A stretch of DNA of 64,000 nt from an uncultured Candidatus Binatia bacterium (GCA_965214605.1 OZ243961.1:3168001-3232000); one strand, 5' to 3'. Shown: positions 8,367 through 19,682, counted from the stretch's first letter. Notes: generated by a model from the letters alone, not told the origin. Numbers and translations: made by a program.

Positions 8367-10877
8367 ATGGAGAAAATCAGCATCCGGGGAGCCCGTCAAC
8401 ACAATCTGAAGAATATCAGTGTTGACATTCCCCGTAACAAGCTCGTGGTCATCACCGGGGTGTCCGGCTCGGGAAAATCCTCTCTGGCCTTTGACGTGCT
8501 GTATGCCGAGGGACGCCGCCGCTATGTTGAATCCCTCTCGGCCTACGCCCGGCAGTTTCTTGACCAGCGTGCCAAACCTGAGGTTGACGCCATCAGCGGT
8601 TTGTCTCCAGCCGTGGCGATTGAACCACGCGTCCCGACCGGCTCGCCCCGGTCCACGGTTGGCACCGTCACCGAGATTGCCGATTATGTGCGTCTGTTGT
8701 ACGCCCGGGTTGGTACGCCCTACTGTCTGCAGTGCGGACAGCCTCTTGCCCGTCACACTGTCCCCCAGATCGTTGATCGCCTGCTGGCTTTCCCTGAGGG
8801 AAGCCGGCTCCAAATTATGGCACCCATCCGAGTCCCCACCCGGGCGCATTTCGAGAGGGCCGTGCAGGAACTCCGTAAGGCGGGTTTTGTCCGCGTGCGG
8901 ATTGCGGACCAGGCGTACGAGCTTGCCGACGCTATGCCGGCCCAGGTCTCGGCCGAGTTTGATCTTATTGTCGACCGCCTCATTGTCAAAAGCGGTCTTG
9001 CCCGGCGGCTGGCCGACTCACTTGAAACCACGCTGAGCGCTGGCCACGATGTGGTCAAAATAGGCCAGACCGGGCCGGACGGTGCATACCACGAGTATCT
9101 GTTTACCCAAAGCCTGCGGTGTCCAGCGTGCGGGTTTGGCTACCCCGAGCTGACGCCGGCGTTTTTCTCTCCCAACAGTCCAGAGGGCGCGTGCCCGGAG
9201 TGTGACGGACTAGGCAGGCGGACCACAAGGGCAAAAGCGACTGTGGGTGAGGAAACGTCCCAGGTGCGGTGTGGGGGGTGTGGAGGGACCCGGCTAAAGG
9301 CCGAGAGTCGCGGCGTGCGCATTGGGGAGCACGATGTTGCTCAGCTGACCGGCCTGTCGATTGCCCAGGCCCTCGATTTTTTTCGCCAGCTGTCTTTTTC
9401 CGGCCAGGCGGCCGAGATCGCGGCCCCCCTGTGTCAAGCGATCCGCACCCGACTCCAGACGCTGAGCGATATTGGTCTTGAGTATCTGAGGCTCGACCGG
9501 CCGCTGCCAACGCTGTCCGGTGGAGAAGTGCAGCGCGTCCGCCTCAGCACCCAGCTCGGCGCCGGGCTCTCCGGCATCCTGTACGTCCTTGACGAGCCCT
9601 CGGTCGGCCTCCACCCACGCGATAGTGCGCGTCTGCTGGCCATCCTGCGCCAACTCCGGGACAAGGACAATAGCGTGGTGGTGGTCGAGCACGATCCTGA
9701 CACAATTCGGGCCGCGGATTACATTATCGATCTCGGACCGGGCGCGGGGGAAGGTGGGGGAGAGGTGCTGGCAGTCGGAACACCACACGCGGTGCAACAC
9801 CAGCCCGCCTCGATTACCGGGCGCTATTTGCGCGGGGCCCTTGGTATTCCGGTCCCGGCGCAGCGCAGAAAAGCCGCCCACTTCCTCACCGTTGGCAACG
9901 CCCAGGTCCATAATCTGAAAAATGTGACCGTCTCATTCCCGCTTGGGGTTTTGGGCTGCGTGACCGGGGTATCCGGCTCGGGCAAGAGCAGCCTCATCCT
10001 GCACGCCCTTGCCCCGGCTGTGTCTCAGGCGCTAGCAACACATTCTGTCCCACCAGAGGCCACACCGACCCTCAGCGGCTGGCAAGCCCTCGACAAGCTA
10101 GTTCAGATCGACCAGAGCCCGATCAGCCGCACTCCTCACTCCAACCCCGCGACCTATGTTGGCCTCTTCAACCCGCTGCGCCAGCTGTTTGCCCAGCTCC
10201 CCGAGGCCCGGGTCCGGGGCTACGGTCCGGAGCGCTTTTCTTTTAACGTGAAAGGCGGTCGGTGTGAGGCGTGTCTGGGCAGCGGGATGGTGAGTGTCGA
10301 CATGTACTTTCTGCCCAATGTGTCTGTCGAGTGCGAGGTGTGTCACGGCCTGCGCTACAACCGGGAAACCTTAGAGGTCCGGTTCCGGGGGCTGTCTATT
10401 GCGCAGGTGCTCAACCTGAGCGTCACCCAGGCCCTCGAAGTCCTCAGTGACCTGCCAAAGATCCGTCCCCGTCTTGAGACTCTGCGAGACCTTGGTCTGG
10501 ACTATGTGCGGCTCGGTCAGCCCGCCCCGAGTCTGTCGGGCGGTGAGGCTCAGCGGCTCAAGCTCGCTCGTGAACTCAGCCGTCGCACGGCCGGTCATAC
10601 GCTGTATCTGATGGATGAACCCACAACCGGACTGCATCTGGCCGATATTGAGCGTCTGCTCAAGGTGCTCACCCTGTTGATTGAGACTGGCCATACAGTG
10701 CTCGTTATTGAGCACAATTTGGACGTGATTAAAACCGCCGACTTTGTGCTGGATTTGGGGCCGGAGGGCGGACAGCGGGGTGGGCAGGTCGTGGCCAGTG
10801 GGACTCCCGAAGACGTTGCGCGGGTATCCCGCTCGCATACCGGGCGTTTACTCCGGCCGCTTTTAGCCCCGTCCTGA
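8367..10877 (+). CDS. uvrA: Excinuclease ABC subunit A (short form, insertion domain apparently absent)
   Basis: Two Walker A motifs 'GVSGSGKSS', '[11 protein letters not shown]', two LSGGE signatures, three CxxC pairs; 836 aa. Confidence 0.92.
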   Translation: MEKISIRGARQHNLKNISVDIPRNKLVVITGVSGSGKSSLAFDVLYAEGRRRYVESLSAYARQFLDQRAKPEVDAISGLSPAVAIEPRVPTGSPRSTVGTVTEIADYVRLLYARVGTPYCLQCGQPLARHTVPQIVDRLLAFPEGSRLQIMAPIRVPTRAHFERAVQELRKAGFVRVRIADQAYELADAMPAQVSAEFDLIVDRLIVKSGLARRLADSLETTLSAGHDVVKIGQTGPDGAYHEYLFTQSLRCPACGFGYPELTPAFFSPNSPEGACPECDGLGRRTTRAKATVGEETSQVRCGGCGGTRLKAESRGVRIGEHDVAQLTGLSIAQALDFFRQLSFSGQAAEIAAPLCQAIRTRLQTLSDIGLEYLRLDRPLPTLSGGEVQRVRLSTQLGAGLSGILYVLDEPSVGLHPRDSARLLAILRQLRDKDNSVVVVEHDPDTIRAADYIIDLGPGAGEGGGEVLAVGTPHAVQHQPASITGRYLRGALGIPVPAQRRKAAHFLTVGNAQVHNLKNVTVSFPLGVLGCVTGVSGSGKSSLILHALAPAVSQALATHSVPPEATPTLSGWQALDKLVQIDQSPISRTPHSNPATYVGLFNPLRQLFAQLPEARVRGYGPERFSFNVKGGRCEACLGSGMVSVDMYFLPNVSVECEVCHGLRYNRETLEVRFRGLSIAQVLNLSVTQALEVLSDLPKIRPRLETLRDLGLDYVRLGQPAPSLSGGEAQRLKLARELSRRTAGHTLYLMDEPTTGLHLADIERLLKVLTLLIETGHTVLVIEHNLDVIKTADFVLDLGPEGGQRGGQVVASGTPEDVARVSRSHTGRLLRPLLAPS

Positions 10878-10938
10878 GACTGGCAGGCCCGGATGCTGTG
10901 GGATGCTCTCCCCTCTAGCCCGTCTCTGTCCGTACTTG

Positions 10939-10988
10939 CTTGACATATGTCAAGTAACGTTTTATCTTCGACTTATAGAGTCCACTTT
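10939..10988 (+). promoter_or_regulatory. isc operon promoter with palindromic operator and IscR type-1-like site
   Basis: TTGACA (10940-45)-17nt-TATCTT (10963-68); perfect palindrome CTTGACATATGTCAAG (10939-54); GACT-N5-AGTC core at 10970-10982. Confidence 0.7.
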
Positions 10989-11023
10989 ACCTGACTCCCC
11001 TGTACGCTGTGAGGACTACTGCC

Positions 11024-12244
11024 ATGCAAAAGCCGATTTATATGGATAATCAGGCCACCACCCCAATGGATCCACGGGTGTTAGAGGCCATGCTGCCGTA
11101 TTTTCATGAGCATTTTGGCAATGCTGCCAGCCGCAACCATCCCTTTGGTTGGGCGGCCGAAGAGGCGGTTGATACCGCCCGCGGCCAGATTGCCCAGACC
11201 ATCGGTGCCAGGCCCAAGGAGATCATCTTTACCAGCGGGGCGACAGAGTCCGACAATCTGGCCATCAAAGGGGTGGCCGAGTTCTATAAAGAGAAGGGCA
11301 ACCACATCATCACGTCTGTGACCGAACACAAGGCGGTGCTTGACTCCTGCAAAGCTCTAGAACGGGCCGGGAAGGCCGAGGTGACCTATCTGCCGGTCGA
11401 CACATACGGCATGGTCAATCCGGACGACGTCGAAAACGCCATCACCGAGAAAACGGTGCTCATCTCCATTATGGCCGCGAACAACGAAATCGGCACCCTG
11501 CATCCGATTCGTGAGATTGGCAAGATTGCAAAAGACCGCGGGGTGCTCTTCCACTGCGACGCGACCCAGGGCGTGGGCAAAATCCCTATCAATGTTGAGC
11601 AGGATGGCATCGACCTGTTGGCTCTGAGCGCCCATAAGATGTATGGCCCCAAGGGCTGCGGTGCCCTCTATGTGCGGGCCAGAGGTCCGCGGGTGCGGCT
11701 CACCCCGATCATCGACGGCGGGGGACACGAACGGGGCATGCGGTCCGGCACTCTGAACGTGCCCGGCATCGTCGGCCTTGGCAAGGCCTGCCAGCTCGCC
11801 AGCCACGAGTTAGAGACCGAAGCGGCCAAACTGATCGGTCTGCGTACCCGCCTGCACGACGGTATCACCCGAGAGCTCGAAGAAGTCTACCTGAACGGAC
11901 ATCCGACCCAGCGCCTTCCCGGCAACCTCAACCTGAGCTTTGCCTATGTAGAGGGCGAATCGCTGCTGATGGGTATTAACAAGGACGTGGCGTTGTCCTC
12001 CGGGTCGGCCTGTACCTCGGCCACCTTAGAGCCCTCCTATGTGTTGAAAGCCCTGGGGGTGGGAGAAGAGTTGGCCCATACCTCGATTCGGTTCGGACTC
12101 GGTCGCTTCAATACTGAGGCAGAGGTCGATACCGTTGTCAAACGTATCGTTGAGGTTGTGCAGCGGCTGCGCGATCTGTCGCCACTGTATGAGATGGCCA
12201 AAGAGGGGATTGATCTCAAATCTGTGCAGTGGAAGACCGCCTAA
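11024..12244 (+). CDS. iscS: Cysteine desulfurase IscS
   Basis: 'YMDNQATTP', 'FTSGATES', PLP-Lys '[10 protein letters not shown]', '[17 protein letters not shown]', C-terminal 'SPLYEM..EGIDL..VQW'; ATG 11024 after GAGGA. Confidence 0.97.
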   Translation: MQKPIYMDNQATTPMDPRVLEAMLPYFHEHFGNAASRNHPFGWAAEEAVDTARGQIAQTIGARPKEIIFTSGATESDNLAIKGVAEFYKEKGNHIITSVTEHKAVLDSCKALERAGKAEVTYLPVDTYGMVNPDDVENAITEKTVLISIMAANNEIGTLHPIREIGKIAKDRGVLFHCDATQGVGKIPINVEQDGIDLLALSAHKMYGPKGCGALYVRARGPRVRLTPIIDGGGHERGMRSGTLNVPGIVGLGKACQLASHELETEAAKLIGLRTRLHDGITRELEEVYLNGHPTQRLPGNLNLSFAYVEGESLLMGINKDVALSSGSACTSATLEPSYVLKALGVGEELAHTSIRFGLGRFNTEAEVDTVVKRIVEVVQRLRDLSPLYEMAKEGIDLKSVQWKTA

Positions 12245-12273
12245 GGCACGCGAGGGATGGGAAGGAAGAGGCT

Positions 12274-12615
12274 ATGGCACAGCCGGCAAAACTGAAAATC
12301 GATATTAGCGACAATGCGGTTCAGAAGATCCAGACCCTAGTCAACCAACAGAGCCTAGAAGGACAGGGCCTGCGGGTGAAAGTCGTCGGCGGTGGGTGTT
12401 CCGGGCTGTCGTACAAAATGAACCTCGACGCCGAACGCAAGGGGGACCGGGTCTTTGAGCGGGACAACGTCAAAGTGTTGGTCGACCGCAAAAGCTTTTT
12501 ATATCTGCGGGGCACCGAGCTCGACTACTCAGAGAGTCTGATGGACTCCGGCTTTAAGCTCAATAATCCCAACGTCAAACGCTCATGCGGCTGCGGCAGC
12601 TCTTTCTCCGTGTAG
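12274..12615 (+). CDS. iscA: A-type Fe-S carrier protein (HesB/IscA family)
   Basis: 'GGGCSGLSY', 'NPNVKRSCGCGSSF'. Confidence 0.92.
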   Translation: MAQPAKLKIDISDNAVQKIQTLVNQQSLEGQGLRVKVVGGGCSGLSYKMNLDAERKGDRVFERDNVKVLVDRKSFLYLRGTELDYSESLMDSGFKLNNPNVKRSCGCGSSFSV

Positions 12616-12637
12616 CGCTGCGTTCCTCGTCCCGTCC

Positions 12638-13345
12638 ATGACTACGCCTGAGACGACCCGCTGCTGGCGCTGCCAGAGTGCAGGCCCGGCGACGATTTTT
12701 TGTCCACGCTGCGAGGCGGTCCAGCCGCTCCCGGCCCACATCGACTATTTTCGGGTTTTGGGGCTGGAGCGGAACCCGGCGCTTGACGAAACCGCCCTAT
12801 CCACCCGATATTATGCTCTGAGCCGCCGGCTCCATCCCGATCTCTACCAGACGGCAAGTGCCCAGGAACAAGAGGCCAGCCTGAACAATAGCGCGCTCGT
12901 CAACCGTGCCTACCGCACCTTGCGCGATCCCGTCCAGCGGGGGGTGTATTGGCTGGAGCTGCACGGCGAGAAACTCGGCACGAACAATAATCGGGTACCG
13001 CCCCAGCTGGCGAGTTTGGTCTTTTCGGTCCAAGAACAGCTCGAAGAACTCCGAGCCGCCCGCCGGGCGGGCAAAGAGGCCGAAGTTGGCAGGGCCCTGG
13101 CTGAAATTCAGGCCGAGCTCGAAGAGCGGCGGGCTCGGACACAAGCCGCCCTAGTGCAGAACTTTGCTGCCTGGCAGGACGAGACAGGCGAGCCCTCCTC
13201 TCTTCCGCCCGGCGGCGATGACTCCCCTGTGACCGGCACCTCGGCCCTGCTGGCCGAGCTGAAAAGCATTCTGTCCGAGATGGCCTATTTGCGGACCCTC
13301 TTACGGGATGTGGAAAAGGAAAACGACCTATCGTGGAACGCATAG
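12638..13345 (+). CDS. hscB: Fe-S co-chaperone HscB with N-terminal CxxC..CxxC
   Basis: J-domain HPD, '[14 protein letters not shown]', N-terminal CWRC..CPRC; isc context. Confidence 0.92.
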   Translation: MTTPETTRCWRCQSAGPATIFCPRCEAVQPLPAHIDYFRVLGLERNPALDETALSTRYYALSRRLHPDLYQTASAQEQEASLNNSALVNRAYRTLRDPVQRGVYWLELHGEKLGTNNNRVPPQLASLVFSVQEQLEELRAARRAGKEAEVGRALAEIQAELEERRARTQAALVQNFAAWQDETGEPSSLPPGGDDSPVTGTSALLAELKSILSEMAYLRTLLRDVEKENDLSWNA

Positions 13346-15162
13346 TCGGTATTGATCTAGGGACCACCAACAGTCTGATTGCCTACACGGATGGAGAGAC
13401 CCCCCGGGTGCTGGCCGATCCCCACACCGACAGTAGGCTATTGCCGTCAGTGGTCAGCTTTCTGCCGGACGGCACTCCCGTGGTCGGCATCCCGGCCGTT
13501 GAGCGCGAGGCCGCCCATCCCCTGACCACGCTGCGCTCGGTCAAGCGTTTCATGGGCCTCGGCATGGAGCATCTCAGTGACGAAGACCGGCGCCGCTACG
13601 CTTTTGCCCAAGACGAGGGGGAGGCAAACGAGCAAGCTATTGTCCGCTTTGCCGTCCACGACCGCCACTATACCCCGCCCGAGATTGCAGCCGCCATTCT
13701 GCGCGCCCTTCGCGAACGGGCTGAGGCAGCTCTGCACGAACCGATCACAAAGGTCGTGATCACGGTCCCGGCCTATTTTAACGACTCGCAGCGCCAGGCA
13801 ACCAAGGACGCCGGTCGGCTGGCCGGCCTGGACGTCATTCGGTTGGTCAACGAGCCCACCGCCGCCTCGCTGGCCTATGGTCTGGATAAGCAAGAGGAGG
13901 GCCTCATTGCCGTGTATGATTTTGGCGGCGGGACCTTTGACATCTCTATTTTGCGCCTCCACACGGGTATTTTTGAGGTCCTGGCGACCAATGGGGATAC
14001 CCGGCTGGGCGGAGATGATCTGGATCAGCGCATTGCCCGGCGCTTCGTGCTGGATGGGCTGGCGGAAGACCTGCGGACCGATCCACAGGTCTTGAGCCAG
14101 GCGTATGCCGCCGCCAAAGCGGCCAAACAAACGCTGTCGCTCCATCCCCAGGCCAGCCTCTCGCTCAGCCTGCCCGACAGAGGGGTTCGGTGTGAGCGGT
14201 CCCTCAGTCGCCCGGAACTGGAGTCTGCGGTCGATGATATTGTTGTCCGCACCCTGGTGCCGTGTCGCCAAGCCCTCAAGGATGCCAAGCTGGCGGCGGC
14301 TGATATTGACGCGGTTGTCCTGGTCGGCGGATCCACCCGGATGCCCCTGGTGCGGCAGCGGGTGGCGGAATTCTTTGGTTGCACCCCGCTGACCGACCTC
14401 AATCCAGACGAAGTTGTCGCCCTTGGCGCGGCCGTTCAGGCCGACACCCTGTCGGGTCGGCGCAAAGATATGCTGCTGCTTGACGTCGTGCCGCTCTCCC
14501 TCGGTATTGAGACTATGGGCGGGGTGATGAGCCAGATCCTGGAGCGCAACACCACCATCCCGGCCATTGTCAAAGAAATGTTCACCACTGCGGTAGACGA
14601 TCAGACCGCGGTCGAGATCCACGTCCTTCAGGGAGAACGTGAACTGGCCCAAGACTGTCGCAGTCTGGCCCAATTTAGCATTCTCATTGAGCCCCAGCCG
14701 GCTGGCCTCCCCCGGGTTGAGGTCACGTTTATGATTGATGCCAACGGCATTCTGAATGTCTCGGCGCTCGATCTGCGTACCGGCCGTGAGCGGTCTGTGG
14801 ATGTCAAGCCGTCCTATGGTCTGAATGACGAGGAGATTGAGCAGCTGCTCGAGGAATCAATCGATTATGCCGAGGAGGATTTCGACCGGCGATTGCTGAT
14901 TGAGGCTCGCGTTGAGGCCGACACAATTCTCAACGCCACGGAAAAGGCACTCCGTGACAATGCTGCGGCGCTCCAAGAGGACGAAGCCGACCGCATCAAC
15001 GCGGCGGTCAAGGTACTCCAGGAAGCCACGGTGGGCCGAGACTACGATCTGATTCGGGAGCTGAGCGAGGCCCTGAGCGAGGTCACCGAGCCGTTCGCCC
15101 AGCGGATTATGGATACCTCGATCCAGGCCGCCCTTGCTGATAAGCGTTTATCTGAGGTGTAG
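13333..15162 (+). CDS. hscA: Hsp70-family Fe-S chaperone HscA
   Basis: 'GIDLGTTNS', 'DFGGGTFD', 'VGGSTRMP', 'VKPSYGL'; between hscB and iscX. Confidence 0.93.
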   Translation: MERIVGIDLGTTNSLIAYTDGETPRVLADPHTDSRLLPSVVSFLPDGTPVVGIPAVEREAAHPLTTLRSVKRFMGLGMEHLSDEDRRRYAFAQDEGEANEQAIVRFAVHDRHYTPPEIAAAILRALRERAEAALHEPITKVVITVPAYFNDSQRQATKDAGRLAGLDVIRLVNEPTAASLAYGLDKQEEGLIAVYDFGGGTFDISILRLHTGIFEVLATNGDTRLGGDDLDQRIARRFVLDGLAEDLRTDPQVLSQAYAAAKAAKQTLSLHPQASLSLSLPDRGVRCERSLSRPELESAVDDIVVRTLVPCRQALKDAKLAAADIDAVVLVGGSTRMPLVRQRVAEFFGCTPLTDLNPDEVVALGAAVQADTLSGRRKDMLLLDVVPLSLGIETMGGVMSQILERNTTIPAIVKEMFTTAVDDQTAVEIHVLQGERELAQDCRSLAQFSILIEPQPAGLPRVEVTFMIDANGILNVSALDLRTGRERSVDVKPSYGLNDEEIEQLLEESIDYAEEDFDRRLLIEARVEADTILNATEKALRDNAAALQEDEADRINAAVKVLQEATVGRDYDLIRELSEALSEVTEPFAQRIMDTSIQAALADKRLSEV

Positions 15163-15165
15163 ACC

Positions 15166-15378
15166 ATGGCTTTGTATTGGGACAGTGTTGAGGAAATTGC
15201 CGAGGAATTATTGGACATGTACCCTGAGACCGAACCGCTGAGTATTCGGTTTACCGATCTGCTCAAATGGGTGACCCAGCTCGACGGCTTCGCCGATGAT
15301 CCAAAAGATGTGAGTGAGGGCAAGTTAGAGGCTATACAAATGGCGTGGTTCGCATTATATGAAGAGAACGAAGATTGA
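15166..15378 (+). CDS. iscX: Fe-S assembly protein IscX
   Basis: Small acidic protein 'W..EIA..L', 'RFTDL..WV..L.GF.DDP', 'LEAIQMAW'. Confidence 0.92.
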   Translation: MALYWDSVEEIAEELLDMYPETEPLSIRFTDLLKWVTQLDGFADDPKDVSEGKLEAIQMAWFALYEENED

Positions 15379-15497
15379 CCTGTCATCTCCTGCCGAGATC
15401 TCTCTGTACAGAGCGGCGCGTTTGGAGAGGGACATGGGGTTGTGGTGGATTGGATTAAGGAGGAGGAGTCCTTCAATAAGAAAAACGGAGCTGCTCT

Positions 15498-15878
15498 ATG
15501 CAACACCCCTCTAGGACGAATAGTTCTGTAACAATCTTTGAGCCGAGCATTCTTTTGCCCGTACAGTTTTTTGCCGGTCTCGGCCAGCAAGTTCCGGCCG
15601 AGGGTCAACGGCGGTTGATGCTAGCGATTCTGGAAGACGCAACCGAGTGCTTCCAGAAGCACCTGTGGGCAACAGACCACAAACGCCGCCAGCTCCACGA
15701 CGAGGCCGAGCAGTGGTTCTTAGCCGACGATCCGAACTGGCTCTTTTCTTTTGTCAATATTTGTGAGGCGTTTGAGATACATCCCGTCCTCTTCCGCCAA
15801 AGCTTGTTGGCCTGGAAAACTCGTCAGCTGACCGGGCGGGGCGGGTTGCAGGCAGAGGGGGTCCGTATGTCGGGGTAA
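15498..15878 (+). CDS. Conserved hypothetical helical protein
   Basis: GGAG RBS; 'RRLMLAILEDA..CF', 'AEQWF', 'FSFVNICEAF' pattern recalled from an uncharacterised family. Confidence 0.75.
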   Translation: MQHPSRTNSSVTIFEPSILLPVQFFAGLGQQVPAEGQRRLMLAILEDATECFQKHLWATDHKRRQLHDEAEQWFLADDPNWLFSFVNICEAFEIHPVLFRQSLLAWKTRQLTGRGGLQAEGVRMSG

Positions 15879-15921
15879 AACCCGGCAGGGGGACGAGTCT
15901 GCACGGTTTTTCTCCTGACCC

Positions 15922-17643
15922 ATGGCTGTCTTTTCTCTTATCGCCGGCGTGTGTCGATACCTGACCCGGACGGCTCTGCGCGCCCTGCTGTGGATAACCG
16001 ACTGCTTGGCCTCTCTGTTTCGACGCCGACCCGCCTATAATACCCTGCTGCTCGACATCACTGCGCCTGCGGCCGAAGAGCCAATGCCGACTCTGCGCGC
16101 CTTCCTGCGTCCCGAGCCGCCCGACCTCTTAACGCTGGCCTCGCTGCTGCGCTGGGCACGTGAAGACGAACATATCCGGGCTGTGGTGGTCACCGTGTCA
16201 CAACTTGATATGGGCTGGGCACGGCTCCAAAGCCTGCGTCGCTCGCTGCTCAAACTCCGTCAGGCCGGCAAACAGGTGTGGGTCTATCTGGCCGAGGGCG
16301 GTATGCGGGAGTACTACCTGGCCAGCGCGGCCAACACGCTGGTGATGGCACCGGCCGGTCACCTGACCGTGCTCGGCCTAGCAACCGAGATCCTGTTCTT
16401 TAAGGGAGCGCTCACTAAGCTCGGGGTTGAGGCCCAGGTCAGCCAAGCCGGTCGCTATAAAGCGGCTGGAGAACCTTTTACACGGGAGTCTATGTCAGCC
16501 GCCCATCGGGAGATGATGGAGGGGCTGCTCGACGATTTATACGATCAAATCGTTGAAGACATTGCCCGTGACCGGACCAAGGATAAGGCCGAGGTGCGTG
16601 ATCTGATTGATCAGGGGCTGTTTCTGGCCGCTGAGGCGCGGACTAGCGGTCTGATTGACCATGTCGGCTATGCGGACGAATTGCCCAAGCTGCTTGAGCC
16701 GCTGATCGGCGAGGTCAAGTCCATCGAAGCCAGACCATATCAGCGCCGACGAATAGGGGTGATCCGTCGTCAGTTACTACGCGGCGGGGCCCAAACTATT
16801 GCTCTGATGGCGGTCGATGGCCTGATCAAACACGGGGAAACCACCGAACGGGCCAGTGGCGCACGGGCAGTTGGCTCGACTGACTTCGTTCGAGACCTCG
16901 CACACCTCGCGGCCCAGCCCAATATTGCCGCCTTGGTGCTGCGCATTGCCAGTCCCGGCGGTTCGGGTCTGGCCTCTGATCTCATGTGGCACGAGCTGTT
17001 GCGCGTCCGGGAGCACATGCCGGTCATTGTTTCAATGGGTGACGTGGCAGCCTCGGGTGGCTACTATTTGGCTCTGGCCGGGAATCAGGTTTTTGCCGAA
17101 GAGGGAAGCATCACCGGCTCAATTGGGGTTATTGGCGGCAAGCCGGTCCTTCACAATCTGTATACCCAACTCGGAATCGGCAAGGATATTCTCACCCGGG
17201 GACAACGGGCGGCGCTGTTTTCTGACTACCTGGCCTTCACGCCCGCCGAGCAAGAGCGGCTCGATCTCGAAATCCAGGCGTTTTACCGCGATTTCTTGCA
17301 AAAGGTCGCTGACTGCCGTGGCCTTAGTGTGGCCGCTGTAGAGCCGCTGGCCGAGGGCAGAGTGTGGAGTGGACGCCAGGCTTGGGCGCGTGGCTTGGTC
17401 GATACCCTAGGCGGGCTTGAAGAAGCCGTTACCGCAGCCAAAGAGCATATCGGAGTCGCCCCGGACCAGCCTGTACGGCTTGTCCGGTTCCCCCGTCCGC
17501 CGCGGCTGCCCGGTCTGCTGCGCCTGCTGCCTAGACCGAGGTTCGGACTGGGCGGTTTAGCCGGACCGACAGGAGAGACCCAGCCGTGGTGGGGTCGTGA
17601 GCGGATATGGGCCATTTGGCCTGTGTCATTACGTTTTTTGTAA
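15922..17643 (+). CDS. sppA: Signal peptide peptidase SppA (protease IV, 67K type)
   Basis: Tandem S49 domains, 'GRYKAAGE' Lys, 'SPGGS', 'MGDVAASGGYY' Ser, 'TGSIGV', 'EGRVWSG'. Confidence 0.93.
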   Translation: MAVFSLIAGVCRYLTRTALRALLWITDCLASLFRRRPAYNTLLLDITAPAAEEPMPTLRAFLRPEPPDLLTLASLLRWAREDEHIRAVVVTVSQLDMGWARLQSLRRSLLKLRQAGKQVWVYLAEGGMREYYLASAANTLVMAPAGHLTVLGLATEILFFKGALTKLGVEAQVSQAGRYKAAGEPFTRESMSAAHREMMEGLLDDLYDQIVEDIARDRTKDKAEVRDLIDQGLFLAAEARTSGLIDHVGYADELPKLLEPLIGEVKSIEARPYQRRRIGVIRRQLLRGGAQTIALMAVDGLIKHGETTERASGARAVGSTDFVRDLAHLAAQPNIAALVLRIASPGGSGLASDLMWHELLRVREHMPVIVSMGDVAASGGYYLALAGNQVFAEEGSITGSIGVIGGKPVLHNLYTQLGIGKDILTRGQRAALFSDYLAFTPAEQERLDLEIQAFYRDFLQKVADCRGLSVAAVEPLAEGRVWSGRQAWARGLVDTLGGLEEAVTAAKEHIGVAPDQPVRLVRFPRPPRLPGLLRLLPRPRFGLGGLAGPTGETQPWWGRERIWAIWPVSLRFL

Positions 17644-17817
17644 CCTAGGGCGCAGGATTGTGCGAAAGACGGCCAAACAAAGGGGAATAAACTTGTCTTA
17701 TCAGGGTGTCTTGGATATCCTGCCGGTATCTCTTCACCGGCCTCTAGTGAGATGGCTTGCGCTGAATCCGGTCTTGCCGCAAAAAATCGTTATAAAATTA
17801 TTGAGGAGGGCAAACGC

Positions 17818-19677
17818 ATGGCAACGAACCCTGCAGAGGCTCCGCTGGAAAAACCTGTCCAAGAGTTGGACAGTGTGGTTATCCGCTTTGCTGGAGACTC
17901 TGGCGACGGTATGCAGCTCACGGGGAACCAATTTACAACGGAATCTGTCTTTGCCGGCAACGATATTGGCACCCTGCCGGACTTTCCGGCCGAGATTCGG
18001 GCGCCGACCGGAACGCTGTACGGTGTAAGTGCCTTTCAGGTCAACTTCAGCAACGACACGGTCTACACCCCGGGTGACGATCTCGACGCCCTCGTGGCCA
18101 TGAATCCGGCCGCCTTAAAGACCAATCTCGGCGATCTCAAGCCAAACGGTCTTGTTATTGTCAACACGGCCGAATTCAGCCCGGCCAATCTCAGAAAAGC
18201 CCAGTATAAGACGAGTCCGCTGGAGGACAACTCGCTTGACAAGTACCAAGTGTACCAAGTCGATGTGACCAAAATGACGACCGAGGCCCTCAAAAGTCTC
18301 AAGCTGCCGAACCGCACCGTCATGCGCTGTCGGAACTTCTTTGCGCTAGGCGTGGTTTCCTGGCTGTTCAACCGTCCCATTGAGCCCACTCTGGAGTGGA
18401 TTCAGAACCGGTTCAAGAGAACGCCTGAAATCGTTGAGGCCAATAGGCTCGCGCTCAAGGGAGGCTATAATCTGGCCGAGAATACCGAGCTGTTTGCCTC
18501 TTCGTACGAGATCAAGCCGGCCCAGATCAAGCCCGGCACCTATCGGAGTATCACCGGCAATACCGCAACCGCGATTGGTTTTGTGGCGGCGGCCAATAAA
18601 GCCGGCCTGCCGCTCTTTCTGGGCAGTTATCCGATTACCCCGGCCAGTGACGTGCTGCACGATTTAGCCGAACTCAAAAACTATAATGTCTACACTTTCC
18701 AGGCCGAAGACGAGATCGCCGGGGTTGGTTCAGCCCTGGGAGCCGCCTTTGGCGGTGCGGTCGCCGTGACCACCACGGCCGGTCCGGGGATGAACCTCAA
18801 GGCAGAAACCGTTGCCCTAGCGGCTTCGGTCGAACTGCCGCTCATTATTACCGATATTCAGCGCGCTGGTCCAAGTACGGGCATGCCGACCAAGCCCGAG
18901 CAGGCCGATCTGTTACAGTCTGTCTATGGCCGCCACGGTGAGTCACCGGTTCCGGTGATTGCCGCCGCCACCCCGGCCGACTGCTTTGAGGCGGCCTATG
19001 AGGCGGTCCGCCTGGCGGTGAAATACATGACTCCGGTGATTCTGTTGACCGACGGCTTTCTGGCCAATGCCGCAGAACCGTGGCTGTTACCCCGCTTTGC
19101 CGATCTGCCCGACATCAAGGTCGAATTCCGGACCGACCCCAAGGGTTTCTTCCCTTACTTACGCGATGAGGAAACCCTGGCTCGACCCTGGGTACGCCCG
19201 GGTACGCCGGGACTTGAGCACCGCATCGGCGGTCTTGAGAAAGACTACCTGACCGGCAACATCAGCTATGCCCCGGCCAATCACGAACAGATGGCACGAG
19301 TCCGGATCCGCAAGCTCAATCTGATGACTCAAGATATTCCTCCGACCAAAATTGAGGGAGCGGACAGCGGTCGGCTGTTGGTCGTTGGCTGGGGGAGCAC
19401 CTATGGCTCACTTGCGGAAGCGGTCAAAAAGGCCCAGGCCAAAGGGCAGAGCGTCTCGCACGTGCATCTGCGCCACCTGAATCCGTTGCCAGCCGACCTC
19501 GGTGATATTCTGGGCCGGTTTGAAAAGGTGCTCGTACCAGAAATGAATCTCGGCCAGTTGGTGCGTTTACTCCGGGCGGAATATCTGATCGACGCCATCG
19601 GTCTGAACAAGCTCCAGGGGCGGCCCTTTAAGGTCTCCGAAATCTATACCCGCATCGACCGTATGCTAGAGGAGTAA
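17818..19677 (+). CDS. korA: 2-oxoacid:ferredoxin oxidoreductase alpha subunit
   Basis: 'IRFAGDSGDGMQLTG', 'YPITPAS', 'QAEDEIA', 'QRAGPSTGMPTK', 'EMNLGQL'; GAGGAGG RBS. Confidence 0.92.
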   Translation: MATNPAEAPLEKPVQELDSVVIRFAGDSGDGMQLTGNQFTTESVFAGNDIGTLPDFPAEIRAPTGTLYGVSAFQVNFSNDTVYTPGDDLDALVAMNPAALKTNLGDLKPNGLVIVNTAEFSPANLRKAQYKTSPLEDNSLDKYQVYQVDVTKMTTEALKSLKLPNRTVMRCRNFFALGVVSWLFNRPIEPTLEWIQNRFKRTPEIVEANRLALKGGYNLAENTELFASSYEIKPAQIKPGTYRSITGNTATAIGFVAAANKAGLPLFLGSYPITPASDVLHDLAELKNYNVYTFQAEDEIAGVGSALGAAFGGAVAVTTTAGPGMNLKAETVALAASVELPLIITDIQRAGPSTGMPTKPEQADLLQSVYGRHGESPVPVIAAATPADCFEAAYEAVRLAVKYMTPVILLTDGFLANAAEPWLLPRFADLPDIKVEFRTDPKGFFPYLRDEETLARPWVRPGTPGLEHRIGGLEKDYLTGNISYAPANHEQMARVRIRKLNLMTQDIPPTKIEGADSGRLLVVGWGSTYGSLAEAVKKAQAKGQSVSHVHLRHLNPLPADLGDILGRFEKVLVPEMNLGQLVRLLRAEYLIDAIGLNKLQGRPFKVSEIYTRIDRMLEE

Positions 19678-19682
19678 GGCTC

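Noticed and set aside
13447-14673. 408-aa antisense ORF
   Set aside because: Shadow ORF opposite hscA, a well-known artefact of Hsp70 genes in GC-rich DNA
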